Of a DNA stretch of 64,000 nt, positions 13,334 to 25,963 are shown one piece after another. Location of the stretch: contig NC_045696.1 of NCBI RefSeq assembly GCF_009834535.1, forward strand, positions 102,674,001-102,738,000. The letters run 5' to 3'. The notes under the pieces are model-generated. The model made no database searches. It had not been told where the DNA came from and was given only the letters and a program-made list of their open reading frames with translations. The DNA comes from Camelus ferus (Eukaryota). The position numbers were made by a program, and so were the translations under genes. Position 1 is the stretch's first letter. Each line of letters starts with the position of its first letter.

Positions 13334-13971
13334 CAGTTATGGAGTTTCCTCAAAAAACTAAAAATAGAACTATTATACGATCTAGTGATCTCACTCCCAA
13401 GTATATACCCGGAAAAGATGAAAACTAATTCGAAAGGATTCATGAACCCCAATGCTCACAGCAGCACTATTTACAATAGTCAAGACATGGGAGCAACCCA
13501 GGTGTCTGTCAACAGATGACTGGCTTAAGAAGATGGAGTGTTACTCAGCCATATTGAAATATTGCCATTTGCAGCAACATAGATGGACCTAGAAATTATT
13601 ATATTCAGTGAAGTACGTCAGACAGAAAGGCAAATATTATATGATATCACTTTTATGTCAAACCTAAAAAAAAATACAAATGAATCTATACAAAAAACAG
13701 AAGCAGACTCACAGACATAGGAAACAAGCTTATAGTTACTAAGGTGGAAAGGAAGGGGAGGAGTAGATTAGGATTAATGGATACAAACTACAATACATAA
13801 AATAGATAAGCAATAAGGATTTACTGTATAGCACAGGGAACTATATTCAATATCTTATAATAACCTATAATTGAAGAAATCTGAAAAAAAATATACAACT
13901 GAATCATTTTGCTGTATACCTGAAACTAACACAATATTGTAAATCAACTATACTTCAATTTAAAAAAAAAA
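13334..13971 (+). mobile_element. L1 3' fragment inserted in a MIR
   Basis: ORF2 end, 3' UTR and A tail; MIR core (cagagaggttaaacaacttgtccaaggtcacacag) upstream. Confidence 0.85.
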
Positions 13972-15326
13972 GCCAGGGCCCTTTCAATCACCTCACACGG
14001 TCACAATGTGTACCCTATGAGTGTCAGAGAAAGCACCAGGTTGGGAGTCAGAAACCCTGCTGTGTAGCTGAACACAAGACTCTTAACCTCTCTGGGTTCT
14101 GGTCTCCTCATATGTAAAATGAGGGAACTGGACCTAAAAAGCTGCCCAGTAGGAAGGAATATAAGGGGATGAAGAAATGGCAAAAAGGGTCTCCAAAGGC
14201 CCTCCTTTCCCATTTCATCCCAGGACCACTGCCAGGCCACCACAGGGGCCCAATAGCACCATTCAGGCAGCTACCCATTCACAGGGGAGAAAAGGAGAAA
14301 GGGCCAAGGGTGGTCAGCACCGTCAAACTTCCCCCAGTTGTCACATGAAGAAATGAGCACAGGACTCTTTCCACACTTGTAGAGAGAGTCCTTTCTGATA
14401 GAGAGCTCTCAGCTGGCAATTGCAAGCCCTGCAATACCAAGACCTTCCCGTATAATATGGACATGATGTGGGGAAAATCCTTGTGGGAACGTTAGCTGCC
14501 ATCACCCTGGGTGAAGAATTAGCGATGAGAAGGTCCTCTTGGGACAGGCTCTGAATTTGCTGAAAGGGTAGGAAGGAAGAAATGTATCTGGATGTAGTTT
14601 TCGCTCACACACCTAAGTACTGTCATAGCCTCTGTCATCAAAGAAAATACACAGGATGCAAACAAGAGGGAGCATTACGTCTGGAATATTCCCCACCTAT
14701 CCCAGCCACTCACCTTGGAAAGGTCAGGTAACAAGGCACAGATGGTTCTTTTCCCAGGGGCTACCACCAGGGGCAGCCTTCCTGTGTCATCACACACAGA
14801 TATAAAAGCACCCCTTTTGAAAACAAGGCTAATACTTTCCTAAGTTTCTTATTAAGCACATCAGATGAAATGAAACCTCAATCAGGCATTTAAAAATTCA
14901 AGGAGGCACTTTAAAGTTCAGCTTCAACCCCTCAGTTATTGATGCAGAACTCAAATCTTCCACCTCTCCCGTTTCCCAGAGATGTTTTCCCCTCTGAATC
15001 TGCAGCCAGCACTGGGCTAGACTCAGCCTTTAGCCTCCATTCTCCGAGGGAGGCTGTCAGCTCACTTAGCACCTGTTGGAGCTGCCCCGTCCGGGAGAGG
15101 GCATGTGGAGAAGGCCCCCAACAAGTCTCACTTTACAGCCGAGGCTTGGCTACTCCCCCCGTTCTCCCCAAACTGAGATGCCTCAGGGCCACATATGTGC
15201 TGGTGAGACAGGCCACCCCAAGTGTTGGTGCCTGAGTTGGGAAGAGACTCTGTACAAGGCAGAGTTTCTCTCTGTAGCTGCAAGCTCGGCTGCACCCTCA
15301 TTAGTGGATCAAAAATTAATGCAGTG

Positions 15327-15832
15327 GTGAAGCAAACTAAGTGTCCATCAACAGGCAAATGGATAAAGATGTGGTATATATACACAATGGAATACTACTC
15401 AGTCATAAAAAAGAATGATTTTTTGCCATTTGCAACAACATGGATGGACCTGGAGAGTATTATGCTTAGAGAAATAAATCAGAGAGAGAAAGACAAATAC
15501 TCTGTGTTATCACTTACACGTGGAATCTGAAAAATAAAACAAACAAATGAATATAACAAAAAAGAAACAGACTCAGATATAGAGAATAAACTTGTGATTA
15601 CCAGTGAGGAGACAGAAGAGGGTAGGAGAAAGAAAGGGGTAGGGGATTAAGAGTACAAATTACTCCATATAAAATAAACTATAAAGATATATTGTACAGC
15701 ACAGGGAATATAGCCATTATTTTATAACTGTAGATGGAATATAATCTATAAAAATATTGAATCACTATGTCATATACCTGAAACTAATGTAATATTGTAA
15801 ATCAACTATACTTCAATTAAAAACATTTTTTT
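15327..15832 (+). mobile_element. L1 3' fragment
   Basis: KCPSTGKWIKMWYIYTMEYYS-type segment. TSD AAATTA(A/C)TGCAGTG at 15313-15326 and 15833-15846. Confidence 0.88.
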
Positions 15833-16489
15833 AAATTACTGCAGTGTTCTTAAAAGCTCTTTGACGTTTGCAAATCCCCGAACGAGACTTTCAAGAAAAG
15901 GATGTGTTACGTTCTCAAAGCTCAGGCCTTAGGCAAAGAGGGTGTAAATTTTTTATACCTCTGTGGCACTATATCCGCACTGACATTTGTTTCTTTATTA
16001 TCTCAGTTAAGGTGAAACCATGGTGAGACAGAATCCTAAACAGGCTCTGCGGAGCTGCCGCGGTGCAAAATGATGCTATTAATAGAAGAGATTTGAGGAA
16101 TTCTCTTTGATACAAACTACTTTGTTAGAATTGACCTTTAAAATTCAAATCAAAACACTGTGTCTTTCCTATCAGAATAGCCCATGTTATATACTGTTTC
16201 TTTCCAGATAAATTACTAGTCCACCAAGTGTTCAGCTGAGGGGAGAGGAGGGGTAGGGGTTTGTTCTGCTGTTGAGATCCCCAAGTGATTGATTCTGAAA
16301 TGCAGAAACCATGGCCCTAGTCACTGAGGTTCACAGCCAACAGCTTTTGTGTTTTCTATTTTTGGTTTAGCTTTTCTGGGTTGTGGAGATCAGTTAATTA
16401 GAGAAGAGTCTGCTTGAGCAGGGTCAATACAAATGTTCTGAACCGAGCCTAACTGGGCTTAGAAAGCCTTGGGGATGGATGTTTTTTAA

Positions 16490-16840
16490 GCATTCCACAG
16501 ATGTTTATTAAGTGCCTACTATGTGCCAGGCCCTCTGATAGGCGCTGGGGACAGAGCAGAGAGCAAGCCCTCGCCCTCACAGAGCATCTATTTCAGCAGG
16601 GGAGAAAGAAGGAATAAATACATATTATGTCATATACTGCATGGTGTTGGGCAGTGAAATACGAAGAAAATAAAGCAGGATGAGGAGGCAGAGAGTGATG
16701 GGGCTGTCATTTAAATCAAGTGGGTGTCCGAGTTTTCCAAGAGATGGTGACGCTGAACAGAAAACTGACTGAAGGGACAACGTCAGGGCAGAAAGCATTT
16801 GAGACAGAGGAAGGCAGAGAGACATAGCAAGTGCAAGGAT
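16490..16840 (-). mobile_element. L2 fragment
   Basis: Typical L2 3' end (tttattaagtgcctactatgtgccaggc). Confidence 0.65.
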
Positions 16841-19093
16841 CCAGGGGCAGCTATCAGCCCAGCAGTGAATCAGGAAAAGGCACCCCTTCTTCTGGGCAGA
16901 TAGGCCATGCCTGGGCCCAGGGTGTGGCCGGCAGATGACGGACTGCCTGTCAGGCCTCACTGCCCCTCTGCCGGGCTGCTGTGCAGGGGACAGCCTGTGT
17001 ACAGCCATACAAAGCCTCTCCTAGGGTATGTGTTTTTAGAGGAACAGCAGGAAGGCTGGTACAGTTGGATGAGAGAGAAGACAGAATGAGGGAGAGTGGT
17101 AACCAGCAACCTCAGTCTTAAAAGATGAGTGATTTAGATTAAAAATCCTTTTCACATATGAACTAACCACCAACCAACCACATGGGACAGGATTTAGGAG
17201 CAGCCTCCCCACTCCCACCCCCACCCCCACCCCACCAAGTAGACTCCCCTCTATCCCCCTTTGGGGCAATGGTTTTCTGCCATCAACCATGAGGCTGACA
17301 TAGAATTTTAGAACCACATCAGCTCTCATGACATTATCATTCCAAATTGGAAACCTCAGGCTGGCTATTTCCATGCCCATCTCACACAGAGCAATTCTCT
17401 CCTCCCTTCCACATTTTATTCCTTCCTGTATAGCATTTGTACCATGCCCGTCTCTCCTGACGCACACTTTGCGCAGCAATGTCAAAATATTCTTGGCGTA
17501 AGTGTAAAGTCACTAATGTTTTTTAAATTACAGAAGAAAACAAGACAAATAGCCTTTCCTCACCCCTTCTTCCATCTCTAACCCCCTTCCTTCTTTATGA
17601 GAGATGTTCATTTTCTACTCTATTTCTGAATTGTTTAAAATATCTTACAAATCTACTGCTTTGATGAGCCCAGGTCCAATTACTCACTATTTGTTTTAAT
17701 TTGTTTTAATACTATGAGAAAACGAAGCGTTGTGTGGTCTTGCATTGACTTCTGCCAGACCTGGATTAGCCTGCCTCCCTAAATTATTACAAAGGAGTTT
17801 GATGCCAGTGGATAGAAGGTCTTTACGTTACTGAAGGACCGGTGAGAAATGTTCATTGAGGATTTCCGATGCAGCCTGGAGCTGGGAATATGAGATAGAA
17901 TTGTAGCCCGCCCGCCGAGCCATTCCATTCCTGCTCCTCTCCCTTCCCAACACTGACCCAATTAAATAAAGTCAGTATAATCAGGAAGCCTCCAAAATAT
18001 AGGAGTGGCCATTCATGCAATTCACCATGGAAAACAAAGTAAATTCCATTTCCCCAGCATTCAAATCTATTTGTTAATTAGAAGTGAGTGAGCCTGGGCA
18101 TTGTTATGGTGAAGGGGAAATGAGAGAACCGAAATGCAAACTAAGGGACAGACAAACAAATAATCCAGGATTGACAGTTCTCTTTGAGATGAACAAGGGC
18201 AGATGGCTCAGAAGTCTTAGTTTTACATGGTTTTCTTGCCAGATGGTGCTTAACCCTCGCCCCAGCCCTGACCTCTGTGGGCAGGGTGCAGGTGTCTGTC
18301 CGGCACATTACTTAACAGTAAAAACATTGGAAGCTTAAGGGTGTTCGAAGCAGCATTGAAATGTTCCTTGTTTCAAAATGACTACATTAAATGAATAATC
18401 ACAAAGTGGTTGCATTAAAATATTGTGGGCCCATCATCCCTACAACTGAGATAGGGATGGTTCCCACTTTCCTTTGTTGTGCTCCAAAACTTGCTCCTAT
18501 GCTCTTCCAGGCCCTGAGACAGCCATGTGCATAGGTGGGGTTTATGATTGCTTGTTAAATAAACAACTGGCCTGTCTCCTGAATGTTCGCTATAGATTTA
18601 TTCCATGATCCTTACCCATCACTGGGATCTCTCTAGTCAGTGAGTTAAGTGTGCATGATAATACGGGGTCTAGAGTTGAGATTGGTGAAAGGAAGGAGGA
18701 AGATTGGAGGAGCAGGGCAGGGACCAAGAATAAAACAAAACTAATGCATGTTGACCATAGAATTCTCAGAACAGGCAGCTCAGAGGAAATGTCCCAATGG
18801 GTGACCACAAGAATACCCATGTTCCTAAAGAAAATGCTCCTTGTTCATTGTGTAGAAATGAATTAAGTGTGAGGAGGAGATTCTTATTGGTAACCCTACA
18901 TTCTTGTGGTTCTCATATGAATGGGGAAAAAAGTGAATGAAACATCACTGGAATACACTCTGTGAAAAATCGATATATATAAGATTTGATACTGTCACTT
19001 AGTTTAGTGATCAGTCCCAAGATAATTATGTTGATAAATAATTTCAAGAGACATTGCACCTCAAAGAAGAGGAAAATCATTACATTAAAAAAT

Positions 19094-19940
19094 CAAATGT
19101 ACAGGGGCATGAAAAGATGCTCAGCATCACTGACCATCAGGGAAATGCAAATCAGAACCACAGTGAGATATCTCCTCACACCTGTTAGAATGGCTAGTAT
19201 CAAAAAGACAAGAAATAACGTGTGTTGGCAAAGCTGTGGAGAAAAGGAAACCCTTGTGCACTGCTAAATGGAATGTAAATTGGTGCAGCTATGGTGGAAA
19301 ACAGTATGGAGTTTCCTGAAAAGATTAAAAATAGAGTTACCATATGATCCAGCAATTCCACTTCTGAGTATTTATCCGAAGCAAATGGGAATGCTAATTC
19401 AAAAAGATATCTGCACCCCTATGTTCATTCCAGCATTATTTACAATAGCCAAGATATGGAAACAAACCTAAATGTCTATCAATGGATGAATGAATAAAGA
19501 AGATATGTATATATATATACAATGGAATATTATTCTGCCATAAAAAATGAAATCTTATCATCTGTGACAACAAGAATGGACCTTAATGACATTATGCTAA
19601 GTGAAATAAGTCAGACTGAAAACGACAGATACATATGCATGGGGTAGGGGTGGGTAGGATGGGTGAAGGGGGTCAAAAAATCAATTTCCAGTTTCTGCAT
19701 CCAGGATATAATGTACAGCATGGTGACTATAATTAATACTCTATTGTATACTTTAAAGTTGCCAAGAGAGTAAGTCTCAAAAAGTCCTCAACACACACAA
19801 AAAAATTTTGTACCTATGTATAGAGATGGATGTTAACTAGACGTATTGTGGTGATCATATCACAATATATACAAACAGCAAATCATGTTGTGCACCTGAA
19901 ATTAATATAACATTACATGTCAGTTACACCTCAATAAAAT
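19094..19940 (+). mobile_element. L1 3' fragment
   Basis: ORF2 C-terminus ([30 protein letters not shown]), AATAAA and poly(A). Confidence 0.9.
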
Positions 19941-21934
19941 TTAAAAAAAAAAAAAAAAAACTAAATGAAACCACAGCAGAATATTTCTTTTCCGTATTAA
20001 CCAATCACTGTAATCAATAATATTGAACTCAATGCAATGATCATCTATAAAATCATAGAATCTGCTATTTGCCTCTTTGTAGAGATCTGGGTTATGGGAA
20101 GCCCCCTGGTAACAACAGATGTTAATTGTTTACAGGAAAATGCTCTTTACATGAAATGTACCTTCCAGCCATGCCTGATCAATATATAGTTGTCACATAC
20201 TGCATGCACACAAGCCTTACTCGGCATCATTCTTTTCGGGGACTTTCTAACCAGATCAAACTGGTGACCACATTCAATAACACTTATGGTTGAGCTTTAG
20301 GCCAAGGTGCAACAGTGGGTTTTTTTCTTTTTTCTCATCCATTGTGCTTATTTAAGTATTTATAAAGTTTTCCAACAACAACCATTTTAAAAGCTTAAAA
20401 TGGAAGTGAGGACCATATGAGGGAGTAAGTGCCTTTACTGGAGGTGTTCAAGGCTGGTTACAACAGCCTCGCAGGAGGCAGCACCCTGTAAAGGAGAGTG
20501 GAGTGTTTGGAATTAACGGTTTGCCTCTGGGTCTGCCACTCCACTGCTTCACATCTCAGAGCCTCTGGTTTCTTCTCTGAAAATGGGGAGAGTGGATTTA
20601 TCCTGCAAAGAGTATCCTGAGAATTAGAGACAATATATGTAAAGGGTCTATCCCAGTACCTGAATACAGTATACGATCAATAAATTGAATCAACTACCAT
20701 AAATGGGAAGAGAGTTGGACTAGATGACCAGCTCTCTGGATGACCAAAGGATTACATGACATCCCTATTTAAGATTCCAACCTGTTAAAGATTTACAGTA
20801 CTGAAAAGAATTTCCCCAATCACAAATAGGTGCTGTGTGCTTACTATGTGCAGAGCATGCTGTCTCAAGGAAAACTGTCCACGAATAATGAGGAACAGGA
20901 ACTCAATCATCTAGCTTATACACTTGTATCACTGTTTTTAAAGTTAAATAAATGGAAGCCACCTAAATGGCCCTACCCAGAAATCCTCCTCCCCACAGAG
21001 TAACTGTGAATTAGGGTGAATATAACATGTAAATATGAGGCCTTTGTTGGAAGACAAGTCAGGCTCAAGTCAGGAAACAGGAAAGGCAGAATTGGGAGAA
21101 GTAACTCCAGACTGGAGACTGTTAGCTCAAGGAAGCTGCAGGTGGGGCTGAAGGCCTGGGCAGTTCTGGTCAGAGCATAGGGACCGTCGGCTGACAGATG
21201 GCGACCCTGTAACACCCCTTCCAGTGACCTGAGAGGCAGGAAAGCGGAGTACCTCCTGGACATGGGCAAGGGGATGGAAGCACCCGGACAAACCAGAGCA
21301 ATGGACTATAGGGCAGAAATCAACAAACAGTTTTGATCGTGAGCCTTTATCAACCAGTGTTTAGCTGTTCCTCGTGCCCCAACATGTTATTTATAAATGA
21401 CCTGCATGGACTCCATATTAAGTGTATGATACAGCCTTCACGGAGTACAGGCATTTAAAAGTTGTGACATGTTATTCTCTTGAAACAGAAGTTGTGACAT
21501 GTTATTCTTAACCTGAATCAGTCTTCTGGTGCACCCGACTTTAGAGAACACTGGGAGAGAGCAGGTGAACTTGTGTGGGAGAGAGGGGAGTATGGAGCTG
21601 TCACTCCCGGCATAGAACCTCAAAAGAAAAAAACACCCTCTGCAGGACTCCTTTAGCTCTTCTTTGAAAGGGAACCCATGTCAGTAACTGGGCAGGAACA
21701 GTGTCAGATAAGAACTCAGTCTCCCACCACTCTCTCTCTCTCTCACTTCCAGCCCTCTACCTGGACTTTGGATTGCATTTTGCCCTGAAAGTTGCCATGG
21801 TGACAGCTGATGCCACTTGCGGACCCTGTAATCTGGTAGAGACCATATCTCTGGAAGAGTTTGGATGATACCATGACAACTGTTTTCAACATGAGGGAAA
21901 GGAAGCATTTTGCTTAGACTGTATGTTCTAAATT

Positions 21935-22069
21935 TATTTGTTTTATTATTATTTTGGGGGGTAATTGGGTTTTTATTTACTTACTTATTTTTAATTGAGG
22001 TACTGGGGAATCGAACCCAGGACCTTGTGCTTGCTAGGCACGCACTCTACCACTGAGCTATACCCTCCC
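21935..22069 (-). mobile_element. tRNA-derived SINE (vic-1-like)
   Basis: gaggtactggggaatcgaacccaggacc...ctgagctataccctccc. Confidence 0.88.
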
Positions 22070-25000
22070 GCTTCGGCTGCATATTCTAAAGAGAGGGATT
22101 GAACCTTATGGAGTTCTCTTCGTAGAGAGTCGTGGTGCAATTAAGCACTGGGTCCATACTGGGTTTTGTCTGTCTGTTTGGTTGGTTTTGGCTAAAAATG
22201 AGGCTAGCAAAAAATTATTTCCTCCCACAACAGCTGGAGTATTAACAAATATCCTAGCATATTATTTTTTTGCAGTTTTACAAATCTGTCGTAATCCTTA
22301 TTAGAAAACATCACATTTGCTGTGGAATTTTTATATATGCTTTATCTTATTACTATAGACAGAAACACAAATAAACCTATAGTTGGTCTATAAGAACATC
22401 ACCAGAGCAAACCATCAGGGCAAAAGCATTCGTCCTGCTTGCTACAGTTCCTATATATGATTGATTTTTGCAGCCAGGACCCCTTAGTACCCAAATGTTC
22501 AGAGCCTCCACAGAATTGCAATAAACATATTTGTGGCCTTAGTTTGACAAGATTCCAATTGGAAGAACTAGCTGGTTTCTGCCTCTAAACGCTGGCACTG
22601 GCTTTCCAATCTGATACCTGGTGACTCTTCTCTGTCAAGAACTTGGTAGTCAGTTCTGGTTACCTTAGAGATGCCTTATCTCCTGGGGCACCTTCGGGGA
22701 ATGGCAGCCAGCCCGCTGCTTCTATCTGTTTAGCCAAGCCCAGGGGACATGACTGGGGCTGTCACTGACAAGAGGGAGTTAGTTTACTGGAGTTAAAATA
22801 AATTATGAAACCCAGCCTGTGTAGGATTTGGTGAACAGTGTTTTGCATCTGAAAAACCTTAAGAAAAATTAATCCAATAGATTGGTAGTAATTGAGGAAA
22901 AGTCATATTGCTGGGTTTGGGCTTTTTTAAATAAGTTAGGTCAATTTTGCTGCTTTTGTAGTTCCTTTTGACTTGGCTTTGTCAAGGTTTAGCCAGAACA
23001 CCTATCTTGGTTGGCACCAGAGAGCTTTCAGAAACACCACGTCATGACAGCAACTGATTTTAGGCCTCATGTGGGGTGGGCAATGGATAAGAAAAGAGAA
23101 AAGCAGAAATCACAAAGACTTTCTGAAAAACTCACAGGAATGTTACGAGATTTTCTTGACTTCATAAAATACTGAGTGCTTTAAAGGACACAGTACCTTA
23201 TTATAGCCAGTCTCACCACTCTTAGTCATAAAGATAAATGTTTTTCTATCTAACCAGTTTTTTTACATCCATTTACAGTCAATTCCATTATTTTACTTGA
23301 TGTGAACTTTCTATTATATCCTCCCTGATTATGTAAGTGAGCTGATTATACAACTAAGAGGTTGGTAAATATGGGAATTATTATAAGATCAACTTTTTTT
23401 TTAAAGGCTACAGCTCAGGTTGTTTGTGGAGCAACAAAGAGAATATAAAAAAATCTTTTTCTGGTCTGCCCTGGATTCAGTTTTATTGTTCCTAGGCTTG
23501 ATTTATAAATGTCTGAACCGTAATTCCTTTTACAAATTAGCCTGGGTCCTTAGTCCAGATGTGAAAGGAAATAAGGCTTTAAAACAACAAGGCTATAGAC
23601 AGTGGCAAAACAAATTACTAGAACAAAAATACTGGCTAAGTAACTACAACAGTATCTCATTTATTTAAAATCCATTAATCAGGAATTTGTGATGGTTCAG
23701 AAAGGCACAAGACCCAAGTGTACCTCTGGCCTAATTGTGTAAGAGTTTGCTATATCAATAACTAGTGGAAAACATTTTTTTTTATTTTTTGAAAGAGAAA
23801 GCTGAAACTTCTAAAGAGACTGTTTCTAGTAGCCTTAGGTAAATTTAGACATTTACAATACTAAATGATTTCTTAGTTATAAATAATTCTTATCCATAAC
23901 TTAAGTCCTTCTGAGCCACCAATAAGTAAATCTTCCTTGATCTAATTATAGGATTTGTTGTAGTGATGAAGGTAGCCTTTCATTTATAAAATGAAAATGA
24001 AAGCCTTTTCCTAAACCAGACTATCCTTTCCCTACTAGTTTCCTTTGAGCAAATCAGGTTGTTGGATGTTCTGCTTTAAGTACATGAGATCTAGAAGCAG
24101 CTTGCTGGGGTCAAATCCCCCTCCTACCAAGTGGGCATTTTATTTGTGGTCCCAGTGCCTCCACTTCCTTATCTGCAAAATGGGAAAAATAATAATGCCT
24201 CAAAGATTTAAAACTGTAAAAGCACTTAGAATAGTGCCTGGTTCCTTAAAAGTTAGCTCTTGCTCCCATGACACTTATCAGTGATGCAAGGCAGACTCAG
24301 TCACACCCCCAGGGCATCACTAAGAGAAACTTCCCTGAAATGGTAAACATTTTACAGGAGGCAGGCTTTTTTGCCCCTCTTTTCACAAGGCTCAAGGGCA
24401 TATTTTCACACCGTAGTGCATCACAACCGTTTTCCATTCTTCAGTCTTCCTTTCTTCTGGCCTCCAGCCATCCAACCTAGCCTGCCAGGTACTTCTGCTT
24501 AATTATGCAAAAGCTTTTTTTCAAGCCACTCCTCCCAGTCCCTACGAATTTATCTCTGTTCTTTTTTCAGTTCAGGTTAGAATGCACCTCCTCCCTGAAT
24601 CCTCCCTCTCAACGCTCCCCGTTGTGATCACCTCTTGACTCGGGCACAGTTCTGCTTGGGAATCCCTTTTTAATAAATCTCACAACTCATTACAAGCTTT
24701 CTGAATCGCCTGGACTTCATCTGAATTTTTTCATTAAAACGTGGAGTTTGAGCAGCCTGCCCTGAATGGTAGGACTTCGAGCTCCAAACAAGATTCCTAG
24801 TTAAAGACACAAGAACAGGAGTACGGGTGAGCTGCGGCCCCTGAGGGCTGGTGAGCGCGACCACAGGTCAGTTTAGAGGACGGTTCGTTTGGACAGGACA
24901 AGGACTAAGGAAGGTTAGTGACGCACCTGAATAAGTCCGCTAGACGAAAGGAGATTAATGCTTGACATGGTGCCGAGTGGGAACCGCGCGCGCGCAGGCG

Positions 25001-25597
25001 CGCGCACACACACACCCCGAAAGAACGGCAGTCCCAGGTATCTGACAATGATATGGTCCCAATCCAGACACGGCCTCAAAGCTCCCTCTCCCCTACCCCC
25101 GATTTCTGGAGCGCTCCGACCCCCTCCGGAGATTCCTGTTAGCACATCTCTCCGCCCTGGCCCAGCTCCCGCTCGCCGGCCGCCCTCCCCTACCACCCCC
25201 CACCCCGAGACCGCAGCTCCCCGCCCCCCGCGAACGCGGCTCTCCAGTGTCCTCTCGAACGCCCAAGTGGCTGTCGGGTTTCGAATCCCCGCGTCGACTC
25301 TCGCCCTCTGCGCGGGCTGCCGAGTCGCCGGCGGAGACTTTGGCCCCCGCATCTATCATTAACGGGCCAGCTCGGGCTTCTGCGACCCGAGCAGGGGGGA
25401 TGGTACAGAACTCGAGACAGGGGACAACTCTATCCCACGAGGCGGCCACGAAACACTAGCCGGGGAGGTCCCCACCCTCCCTCGGTGCGCACTTCCCTCC
25501 CTCCCTCTAGCGCCTCGGCTCCCACATCCCCGCCTCCCGCGCCGGGGGCGGCGGCGGCGGCTGCGCCCGCACCGCGCGATGCCCAGTCACCGCAGCA

Positions 25598-25599
<2 letters not shown>

Positions 25600-25629
<30 letters not shown>
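25600..25629 (+). repeat. (GCC)10 trinucleotide repeat in the PAQR9 5' region
   Basis: Read directly from the sequence. Confidence 0.95.
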
Positions 25630-25631
<2 letters not shown>

Positions 25632-25760
25632 AGTCAGCCGCGCCGCCGCCGCTGCTGCCGCAGCGCGGGCGGCCGCGAGCAGGTAGCAGGGAGCCTGGCG
25701 AAGGGGCCGCCGAGCCCGGCGCGCTCCTGCCAGTCGCTGCGCGGCTTAGAAATTGATGAT

Positions 25761-25762
<2 letters not shown>

Positions 25763-25798
<36 letters not shown>
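25763..25798 (+). repeat. T36 homopolymer inside the CpG island
   Basis: Read directly from the sequence; followed by ATTTATTAG. Confidence 0.95.
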
Positions 25799-25800
<2 letters not shown>

Positions 25801-25963
25801 TTATTAGGAACGGTTGCTCCGAGGCTCAGGTCTTCCCTTGAACCTGCAGCGACGCGCCCGGCGCGTGCACAAAGGCTCCGACGGCGGCCGGCGGGGACTG
25901 GCGAGCCCGCGGGAGCCGGCGCCAGAGGTCGCCTGTGCGCGCCCTAGTCAAGCCCCGGGCACC

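Noticed and set aside
25814..25963. 50-aa N-terminal extension of PAQR9 in the ORF track (427 aa)
   Set aside because: It starts at TTG. The recognisable PAQR9 N-terminus (MPRRLQPR) starts at the ATG at 25964, which has a good Kozak context.
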